Assembly (NCBI GenBank): GCA_001724265.1
Contig: MEDY01000116.1
Coordinates: 55,017-75,016, forward strand
DNA length: 20,000 nucleotides
Source: Rhizaria sp. SCN 62-66
Lineage: Eukaryota
Direction of reading: 5' to 3'
Under the pieces are notes generated by a model, which was given only the letters and a program-made list of their open reading frames with translations, was not told the DNA's origin and made no database searches. The position numbers and the translations under genes are program-made. Shown piece after piece: positions 11,101 to 20,000 of the stretch. Within the stretch, counting starts at the first letter, position 1. The number at the start of each line of letters is the position of its first letter.

Positions 11101-13920
11101 CTTGTCGCCGCGAACATCGAGTTCTCCCGCTACGAGAAGCACACTGAGGCCGCCCCCGCCCCCGCCCCCGCCGCTACTGTCGGCGCCGGTGCTGCCGCTG
11201 CCGCTGCGGGCGTGCATGTGGGCGACATCGACACCGACGCCGTCATCGTCGACGACTCCGAGCTCGCGCCCACCCCCATGGACGCGTCGTCTTCACTCGC
11301 GCCCCTCGGCTTCGAGGAGGAAATTCTTCCGTACACTTCCGCCTCCTCGGCCGCGGCCGCATCGGCGAACGCCGCGGCCGCAGCGCGCACCGCCGCCGCC
11401 ACCGCGGCCCCCGCGGCCGCGATGACTGCCACCGAAGCCCGCGCCGAGGCCACGCGCATCGCCAACGAGAACATGTACGGCCCCGCGGCCGTGCGCCGCC
11501 GCCGCATCGCCGCCGCGCTCAAGGCGGGCGCGACCCCGCTCGCAGTGGCCCGCGCCACGGCCGCCGAGGACCGCAAGACAAAGCAGGGCGAGGAGAAGAC
11601 CGAAGAGGGCGACGTGTCGATGCAGACGTACATGTCGTACTTCCGCGGCAGTCTCGACTGGCGCGGTCTGCTCGTCAAGGTCATCGTCATGGCCACGCTC
11701 GCCGTCTTCTCGCAGGCGTCGCGTATCTTCATCGACTACTGGCTCATGTCCTGGGCCATGGACTCGCCCACCACTGCCGCGTCGGAGCACTCGAAGCCCT
11801 TCTGGGAGTACACCGAAGCGCTCGCTATCGTCCTCTGCATCTCGATCATGCTGCTCCGTACGGGTGCTTTCGTCTACACCAACATTGACGCCTCGCGCGT
11901 GCTGCACAACAAGAACCTCGCGTCGGTCATGCGTGCTCCCATGGCGTGGTTCGACACCACTCCGCTTGGCCAGGTGCTCAACCGCTTCTCCAAGGACACC
12001 GACGCCATCGACGTGCTGCTCGCTGACAACCTCATCCTCGTTGTGCAGAACGGCGTCACTGTGTGCGGTATCGTCTACCTCGCCTTCTGGACGTCGCGGG
12101 TGTTCATCTTCCCTTTCTCCATCATCTGCCTATCAATGTACCTCGTCGTGCGCTACTTCCGTGGCGCCTCCACGCAGCTCAAGCGTGTCGAGAACAACAC
12201 CTTCTCCACCGTGTACGGCTCGTTCGCCGCCGCCGCCAAGGGCGCCGCGACTCTCCGCGCGTTCGGCATCGCACGCCAGTTCTCCAACGCGCACACGCAC
12301 TTGGTCGACACCAACGCCAAGGTGCTGTACGTCTACTCGCTGGCGCAGCAGTGGCTCGCGTTCCGTCTCGACTCGATCACGTGTCTCTACATCCTCATTA
12401 TCGGCGTCGTATGCACCATCCTGCGCGGCTCCATCGACTGCAACACCGCCGGTTTCGCCATTGTCTACGCCTACCAGCTCACCGGTCTGCTCCAGTTCAC
12501 CGCCCGCTCCGCGCTTACGCTGCAGGCCGGCTTCACGTCCGTCGAGCGCATCGAGCAGTACGCGCACATCCCGCAAGAGTCTGCTTTCCGCACGGGCCCC
12601 GCGTCGGCCGCCGTCGTCCGCAAGTCCGCTACGGCCAGCAACGTCTCGGTCCAGGTAACTGAGAACGGCACCTACGCCAACTCGATCCCGCCCCCTGTCA
12701 CCGGCTTCCATCTCCCGCTGCCCATCCCGTTCATCTCGCCCTCGTCCGCCCACTCGAGCTCTGCTGCTGCGGCGGCTGCTGGCACTGCCGCCAGCTCGCC
12801 CCGCAACAACTACGCGCGCTTCGAGGACGACGGCGGCTTCGATAACAATGCCAACGCCAACGCGGCCGCGAGTCAGGGCGCTGTAGTGACCGCGGGCGCC
12901 AACGGCATGCTGCTGGCCAAGGGCAACGCCAAGTCGCTCTTCGGCTGGCCGTGGCGCGGCACACTGTGCTTCAACCGCGTGACGATGCGTTACCGCCCCG
13001 ACCTGCCCATCGTGCTCAACGACATCTCGTTCACCGTGCCCGCGGGCAAGAAGGTCGGCATTGTCGGGCACACCGGCGTCGGCAAGTCGTCGCTGCTGCT
13101 CACGCTCTTCCGCATGGTCGAGCTGTCCGCGGGCCAGGTTGAGATTGACGGCGTCGACATCTCCTCCCTCGGTCTCGGCGACCTCCGCGCGCGCATGTCG
13201 ATCATCCCCCAGCAGCCCACGCTCTTCTCCGGCACGGTCCGCTACAACCTCGACCCGTTCGGCCTGCACAAGGACTCCGAGCTCATCGACGCGCTCCGCC
13301 GCGTGCGCCTGCTCGACACGGTCCACTCCATGATCGGCGGCCTCGACGCCCCCGTGAGCGAGTTCGGCGGCAACTTCTCCCAGGGCCAGCGCCAGCTCAT
13401 GTGTTTCGCGCGCGCTCTGCTGCGCAAGACCAAGATCATCGCGCTCGACGAGGCCACGGCGTCGGTTGACCCGGCCACCGAGGCCGCCATCACGACTGCG
13501 ATCCGCGAGTGCTTCGCCGACTGCACCGTGCTCACGGTCGCGCACCGCCTTGAGACCGTGGCCGACTACGACTACGTGCTCGTCCTGGGCGCCATCGACC
13601 TCCCGGCCGCCGAGCGTTCCCACAAGCTCCGCATGCGCGCGCTCACTGCGGGCAACCTCGAGCCCCCCGGCACGCACTGCGGGCCGGACGAGGTCAACGG
13701 CGGGCTCGCCACCGCGGGCGTGCGCTCCGCGGCCGACCTCGCGGCGTCGACGCGCAAGGAGTTCGACACGCCCTATGCGCTGCTGAGCAACCCGCGGTCG
13801 CTGCTGCACCGTATGGCCGCCGAGGCCGGCCCCGCGCTGCTCGCGAAGCTCACCGCAAAGGCCAAGGCCGCCGCCGAGGGCGGTGCCGCTGATGCCGCCG
13901 AGATCGCTCGCCTTCCCTGA
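8128..13920 (+). CDS. ABCC (MRP-type) full ABC transporter, TMD1-NBD1-TMD2-NBD2, no TMD0; exons 8128-10731 and 10867-13920; ~1885 aa
   Basis: TMD1 motifs GEVMNLMAND and DARVRQVNEMLQGVRVIKLNAWE. NBD1 has Walker A GPVGVGKSS, Q-loop YLAQDPWI, signature LSGGQKARVALAR and Walker B VLLDDPFSAID. TMD2 contains RAPMAWFDTTPLGQVLNRFSKD and SVERI. NBD2 has GHTGVGKSS, FSQGQRQL, LDEATASVD and AHRL. Splicing restores DDPFSAIDQ|GVGKHLWEQCVEGILKNKTR, and exon 2 is open to TGA 13918-13920. Confidence 0.95.
10732..10866 (+). other. Spliceosomal intron (135 nt, phase 0) in the ABCC gene
   Basis: CAG|GTATGC donor, AT-rich body with an in-frame TAA (10768-10770), long pyrimidine tract ending CTCTAG. Removal rejoins conserved NBD1 sequence in frame. 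Confidence 0.93.
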
Positions 13921-15324
13921 GCGCAAGGCGCAAAGGTGTGCAAGGCGTGTGTCAAGTCACGTGTGCGTGTGCGAAACGAAGTCAAGCAAGAAGCACGAAG
14001 CGTGTTTGTCAAACAACAGCTTTTTAGTAATGTAAGACGTGTAAGGCCGTTTATTTTCTTTTCATATTTTATATAATACTGAGTACATTGTACTTGTATT
14101 TTTGTAACTACTGGTGCGGGTACTGGTATATCATCTCCCCTCTATTCTTTTGTCCGATATTTGTTGCCCTACTGCTGCTCTTTATTGTTTGTGTCTTTCA
14201 GTCTCTTCTGTTTCACCTTCGCATTCATCGCTACCAAGTCACACGTTGCTGCATCGCTTTGCCCCGCTTCCGCCCACCGGAGTGGAGTCTTTGCGACTGC
14301 GATGATGTGTGCGCTTATCTATGACGCAAATGGCGGGCAAGAGAGGCACAAGATATTAATGATGAAGACTGCATTGTACTGGCTCTTCTTCAATGCGTCA
14401 ACTCGTGGATATAATCATAATATAATATCCCATGCCGCATATGGAATACAAATAATAATAACAACATAAAATATTGAATCGATCTTGCAATATGATCACC
14501 TCTTGTTAAGCATAAAATGACTGTGTCGGTGGAGCTTAGCAAGCAGTGTATTTGATGAGCCACAGACATTGATCAATCTCCTCGTTGAGAAAGAGAGATG
14601 TATGCCTCGGAAACAGAATAAAGAAACAACAACAACGACATACAGGGACAAAACGCAGAAATGTAGTCAGTGTAACATGAAGCATTCTGCATGCAGCATA
14701 TTCTTTGAAAAAAGGCCACAAACAGCGACAGTAACAGCAAAAGACAGCACACATGTCGCTGTGCTGCATCACTGGAAATTGTCGCAGTCGTTGTTGCGTT
14801 GCCATTTGAGGTGGAGTGCGATGAAAGTGTGCACACATGAGATTATTGTGCGCAGACACACATGCAGCGAACCGAAGGAGAAAACAATAAGGACAAAATC
14901 AGAGACAAAGGGATAAGCATGATAAAGGAGCAACACGCACACAGGCAAGACACACGGCACCTTGTACAGTGCGTCCGAGATGCAACGCATGCATGTCGCA
15001 CGGTCTAAAACACCTTTACAGAAGGCGCATGGGCTGTCAGTTGAATGGCTACACGAAGAATAAAGATACAGGCACAATTTTGGATACATGAATATGAGAA
15101 TGAGGTGGTTTTAACGCTAAAAGATGAGTTATCAATTGCTCCAGTAGACAGCAAATAAAAAAAAATCTGTGGTGTAGAGTTTCGTAAAAATAAGTCCAAC
15201 GAGTGTATGCATTCGATAATCACTAAGTGAAATGCAGGACGTACATGTGTGAGAGCGACGGCGCAATAACGCTAATCAGTAGGCGCTTCCGCGCTGACGC
15301 ACAACGCGCTTTCGAGCAACGCGC

Positions 15325-16831
15325 TTACGCGTCGATGCCGAGAACGCCGTAGTTATAGATAGCGCACGAATTGGACGTGGTGTTGGTGCCACTGGTCTTT
15401 CCGTTGGAGCGAGGGACGTAGAAGTAGCCCTTCTCTCCCCAGTCGCTGCCCCAGCTGTTGCGGATCTTGTAGGCGTCGCGCTTGTCACTGCCGTAGGGAA
15501 GAGCGGAGACGAGCAACACGGCGTGGTCGGCCTTGGTGGAGCCGCCTGGAGAGCGAAAGAGCATCGTAAAAAGTTGAAGGAAAATGTTGTACACAAGAGA
15601 GCAAAAATGTAAATAATGTGAGTGTCATTATTACTAAGTATTGCATTTTCCATTAAGAGAAGTTAAACTTGATCGTGATTGCAAACTCAACGAGAAGAAA
15701 AGAAAGCACGATGAAAAGCAATTACGTACAGTCGTCGATGAGGCCGGAACTGTAGAACTGAAGGTTGCCGGTGCCGGAGACGCCGATGATCAGCGCGCTC
15801 TTCTGCAGACCGGCGAGAATGGCGGCCTCGGTGCGGGCAAGCATCTTGACCTTAGAGGGGGCCTTGAAGCCACTGCGGGGCGTGGAAGAACTGCGGCAGG
15901 TCTTCTGGTACTCCTCGTACGGGTAATCCTTGCGGAGCGCGAGGCCCTTGACAACGCCATAGGCCGCAGCGAGGTCAAAGTAGCCGCCGACGCAGTTGCC
16001 GCGCGGCACGCAGTCGAGCAGCTCCTGCTCAGAGAGCATGATCTTCTCGTTGGTCTTGCTAAAGTGGTGCGACTCGAGGAACGCGGCGGTGGAAAAAGCC
16101 CAGCACGAGCCGCAATAGCCCTGGAAACGGGGCTCAGTGAGACCCGTGGACCAGTCCTTGGTGCCCGCAGTCATCTCGGCCGTGACTTCGGTGTCGGCCT
16201 CGGCCTCACCGTCAACGACAACGCCGCCCTCGATGAACGACGTGCCCGCGTCGAGCTGCTTGAGGCCCAGAAGCTTCTTGAACTCGGCCGGGGTGAGGTC
16301 CGTCAGGGCGTTGGTGCCCATCTTGTAGGAACGCTTCTGGCTGTTGAACAGAGTGATCTTCTGCAGGTTCGCCTTGAAGACCTCAAACTTGGCCTTGAAC
16401 GTAGACGCAGAGTAAACCTTGCGGAATTTGGCGACGAAGCTGGCGAACACTAAGGTGGGTAGGCAAACACGACACACACAAGGGTGGCGCAAGTAGTACA
16501 GTGGCGAATAAAGTAAAGGCATATAGACAGAGTTAAGGAAAAACATGTTAGAAAAGCACGTGGCAGGGAAATGCCGTGATGCATGCGAGTATCAAAATGT
16601 GCGTCCAGAGAGCAGGTTCGCAGCGTCAGAGTGAGGAAGTAGCGTCCGTGGGCGAAGCAGCACGAGGGGGGGGGAGAGATAAAGAGAAACGGGAGTCGAT
16701 AGAAACGTACTCGAGGTAAACTGGGCCGCGGTGAAGATACCCATGTCCTGCGACTGAGAGGACTCAGCCTGGACGGTCGCGCCGAGAAGCGCGATGAGAG
16801 CAACAGCGAGCAGGGTCTTGGAGAGCCTCAT
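15325..16831 (-). CDS. Papain-family (C1A, cathepsin L-like) cysteine protease precursor; exons 16831-16711, 16449-15730, 15545-15325; 353 aa
   Basis: Signal peptide [23 protein letters not shown]29 inhibitor prodomain ([12 protein letters not shown]...[16 protein letters not shown]...[13 protein letters not shown]). Active-site motifs [27 protein letters not shown] and [14 protein letters not shown]. Exons of 121+720+221 nt sum to 1062 nt, i.e. 354 codons ending TAA. Confidence 0.93.
15546..15729 (-). other. Protease intron 2 (184 nt, phase 1)
   Basis: GTACGT donor and CTCTTTCGCTCTCCAG acceptor, AT-rich body. Splicing creates the codon T|GC (Cys) in [13 protein letters not shown]. Confidence 0.9.
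16450..16710 (-). other. Protease intron 1 (261 nt, phase 1)
   Basis: GTACGT donor and CCCACCTTAG acceptor, pyrimidine-rich with an in-frame stop. Splicing joins the signal-peptide exon to the I29 domain via A|TG. Confidence 0.85.
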
Positions 16832-18236
16832 CGTGCGCACACTCTGCAAATAATAACGTGGCAGTCATAATGGACGTGGGTGGGGGGTGAGCCATGCATG
16901 CAAGAAGAACGCAAACGAGGATTAGAAAGGCAACTATTAAGCGAGCGTTGAGGCCTGTCCTGTTGTAGGCGATCACATTAACAGACCTAGGGCGTTACAT
17001 AGACAATTTCACGAATATCACGCGTAATAACGAAATACATCAAGTGCATTACAACACCTAGCACTGACAAGCATCATCTGTCGACTTGTGCTAGGAGCAT
17101 AACAACCGAGAGAAAGATGTAAGTGGAGGCGACAACCTTAAGCAACCTCCTTCAGAAAACTCGATCTTGATGTGGGTCCTGAATAGACTCCGGGAGATTG
17201 GTGGAATAACTATCGAATAATTAACTAGTATACCTATTCGCAGACAGCCTTCCGAGCCTTTCCATAGGACAAGGTACTACACACACTCGTTTACAGCTTT
17301 GGCCGATAGTTTTGGACGGAGATCCAGTGGATTTTTTCGGTCCCTCGGCAATAGGCGCCTTCTTTTGAAAACCGGCGCATATTGACCTTTACCATGGGTT
17401 ATATGTGAGATTCATTCGCGCTACCAACTTAACATATGTTCAAACACTACTTGAACTTGAAGACACGAATGTACAAACTTAAAGCCGCCGCCAAGTGTCA
17501 ACATTAGCTGTTTAAGTGGCATCTGGAATATAATTCCCGTCTTGCATGGTGACATAGCAAGAAGTGGAACACGCGAATTATATACTGTGTCTCTGATATT
17601 ATGAATTGTTATTGTTGTTTTCACATAAAAGAGAAGTCTGTGTTCACAGGAAAACGCCACCTTTATATGCCCGCCCCGAAACGACCGTGGGTGGTGTTTG
17701 CCCCAGTGTGAGCCTGTGAGACTTGTGAGACTTGGTATTTTATGCTAAATGTCGGCGGTAACAAGACATGCGGGAGTTTCATGACGCGCCATATTACCTT
17801 CTGAATGACAGCAATAATGCCTGAACCACTCACCAACCTCGGTGAAACGACGCTGCTAAGTATGTTTGTGGCGTGTCACGACGTGAAAACGCAGCGCAAC
17901 CAAGGCAGAGAGCCGCTGAGAGGACACGCTGTACTCGTGCATAGACCGTTGTATGTACGTCTAAAATTGTGCCTAACAATCTTATAATGCGGGAATTTTG
18001 TGCTTTCTTCTCGTACAATTTGATGGACTAAAAATATGGAAGAGAAGCGTTAACGCTTTCTTCTCTTCCATAATTTACTATTTTGACGACGCAGACAGTC
18101 GTGATGTGACAGCGCTCACACAGACACAAGCACAGTCAACAGAACCCATGCGGGCAAACCAAATCACAATTTCCATGGTCAGAGCGTGCAGGAAAGCGGA
18201 CGAAGGACAGGAAGGCTACGAGGACCACGCTTACTC

Positions 18237-19079
18237 TTAGTCAAGACCAAGAGCCCCAAACGTGCTGACAATAGCGTTAACCGACTCAATAGTAACATTC
18301 GCAGTTGACTCTTCCTCCTCCGCGCATGAATCATTCGTATTGCCGCTCTGTACTGCAGTGGCAGACTCGCAGTCAGAATCACAGGAGTCGGTTGTCAGCA
18401 GCACGACAGCATATGCGTATGTCAGCAGGGCGCTCGTGAAAAAAGTCAGTGGCCGATCGCCATTGTGTAATATAGCGTCCGAGAGCAACTGGTGCATACC
18501 TTGGCCGCACAAGCGACGGAGGTGGACGCGCACTGCACCGAGTCCTCATACGCGCGTCGTCAACAGGACTCACAAAGATCGTCTGAGGTATTCAAGCGCA
18601 AATTTGGCTTTTAACAGACATCGGGCAATTGCGAGCAAGCGGCCGGGCGCAGTCGCTGCAATGGTTGCGCCAGTGGTCATCCGGGAGTCACTCAGCGGAG
18701 GTCCATTGTCATGACGATGTGGTGGATGCACGGGGTTGCCTAAAGCAGATCAACATAAACCTCGCAAAGTAGGGCAACACCAAGTTACGAAAAGGTCAAA
18801 TGATGTTAGCGGGGCGTCATTGCGGCTTTTGTCACAGACGGGCACGCACGCGAGGCCATGGTCAGTGATTTGCCAGTCGGGAGGGTAAGAAATGACCGGT
18901 GGTCGAGGCGCGTCACGGAGCAGTTTCAGGCAGATGTGGACACTGCTGTTGGGCTTAAATGCGCAGATAAGTCGGTAAATGCCGAGATTGCACTTTAATA
19001 ACGCGTTAACAGTTTCAACAGGGGCGGAAGTGGTCAAGTCGAGGTAACGGTCTGTCGAAAAGTGGTGGTGTGAGATCTT
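18237..19079 (-). pseudogene. Probable decayed coding remnant of unknown family
   Basis: One frame of 281 codons with only three internal stops, all TGA (18752-18750, 18572-18570, 18548-18546). It links track ORFs 18750..19037 and 18237..18533 and has a protein-like acidic C-terminal tail. No domain is recognised. Confidence 0.35.
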
Positions 19080-19531
19080 TTATTATATCGGTCTCCTAAG
19101 AAATATAATTAAAATTGGAAAGAAATATCGCCGAGAAAACATCAATTATGAACCGACAATACTTTTGACAATGAATTCGCCACTTTGACTCGTGAGAGGA
19201 AATGCTTGAACAGAGGGCCTCTCTCTATGAAGCCCACACGCACGATGTAGAGTTACTCTTTGTGTGGAGGTAGGATAGGCATGCATCTCAGACGTTACAA
19301 TCTTGTTGAGTGCTGTTCAAGATGACATATTTTTGGCGATGGTTCTTGAATACGGAGTCACCAGTCAGTCAGTCTTGATCTTGAACCTGGAGGTAGTAAA
19401 CATACAGTGTGTGGAGAGCTATGTAACTTTATTGGCTATGTAACGAAAAGCTATATTAAAAAAATTGCTGCGTGACAAAGTCGTGTCAGAATTAGCACCA
19501 TGAGAGTTATGATGAGAGGCGCCGATCGGTT

Positions 19532-20000
19532 TTAAAGCACAGGCTGCGAATCAGCGGAGTGCGAGGCGCTTGCAGAAGTAGCAGTGGTCGCCTTGTCGAT
19601 GAGCGCGGCAAGTACGGCGGGGCCGCCCTTAAGGGCCATCTCGCGGAGCGCACTGCCCTCACGCTGCAGCAGCAGCAGCGGCGGGCCGAACTCAAGCACC
19701 GAGGTTTGCGAGTCGTCGTCGGGCGCACCAGTCGCGGTGGGGCCAAGCACGAGCACTTTGTCGTAGTCGGCGATGGTGTCGAGGCGGTGCGCGATCGTGA
19801 GCAGCGTGCAGCGGGAGAAGCTGCTGCGGATGGCGGACTGGATGGCGGCGTCCGTCGCGGGGTCCACCGCGGCCGTGGCTTCGTCCAGCACGATGACGCG
19901 ATTGTCGCGCAGCAGCGCGCGCGTGATGCACAGCAGCTGGCGCTCGCCCGCGGAGAAGTTGGTGCCGTACTCGGCCACGGGCGCGTCGAGCCCCAGCGGC
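19532..20000 (-). CDS. ABCC (MRP-type) transporter, second paralog; C-terminal part of NBD2 (5' truncated by the window edge)
   Basis: [31 protein letters not shown]...[11 protein letters not shown]...[19 protein letters not shown]...EFGPP. The frame is open from the window edge to TAA 19534-19532. Confidence 0.93.
   Translation of the reverse strand, partial: PLGLDAPVAEYGTNFSAGERQLLCITRALLRDNRVIVLDEATAAVDPATDAAIQSAIRSSFSRCTLLTIAHRLDTIADYDKVLVLGPTATGAPDDDSQTSVLEFGPPLLLLQREGSALREMALKGGPAVLAALIDKATTATSASASHSADSQPVL

Noticed and set aside
8128..13920. Two half-transporters (8128..10770 and 11212..13920)
   Set aside because: A canonical GT-AG intron joins them in frame in the middle of NBD1.
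7933..13926. Long minus-strand ORFs 7933..10200 (755 aa) and 12133..13926 (597 aa)
   Set aside because: Antisense shadows of the ABCC CDS caused by high GC3; no recognisable motifs.
14088..15223. Cluster of short ORFs between the ABCC and protease genes
   Set aside because: AT-rich, no GC3 bias and no motifs; consistent with convergent 3' UTRs.
17707..17734. Short GTGAG(C/A)C(T) tandem repeat
   Set aside because: Only about three degenerate units with no spacers, so neither CRISPR-like nor telomeric.

Overview
Nuclear DNA of a unicellular eukaryote, lineage not determinable from the sequence alone. It has very GC-rich, intron-poor coding regions, AT-richer spacers and canonical GT-AG introns. 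Gene order: (1) syntaxin-6/Tlg1-like Qc-SNARE (+, 1040-1831); (2) a large four-CBS-domain Sds23/AMPK-gamma-like gene (-, 6983->3169) whose frame shifts by one base at a G9 run (5736-5744) followed by a 9-bp hairpin; (3) a complete ABCC/MRP transporter (+, 8128-13920, one intron, ~1885 aa) with long in-frame insertions inside its nucleotide-binding domains; (4) a three-exon papain-family (C1A) cysteine protease (-, 16831->15325, 353 aa); (5) a probable decayed reading frame broken only by TGA codons (-, 19079->18237); (6) the 3' end of a second ABCC paralog (-, 20000->19532). No RNA gene, CRISPR array or recognisable transposon is supported. The most intriguing signal is the CBS-gene frameshift, although a homopolymer assembly error is the simplest explanation. 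No novel multi-gene system is demonstrated.
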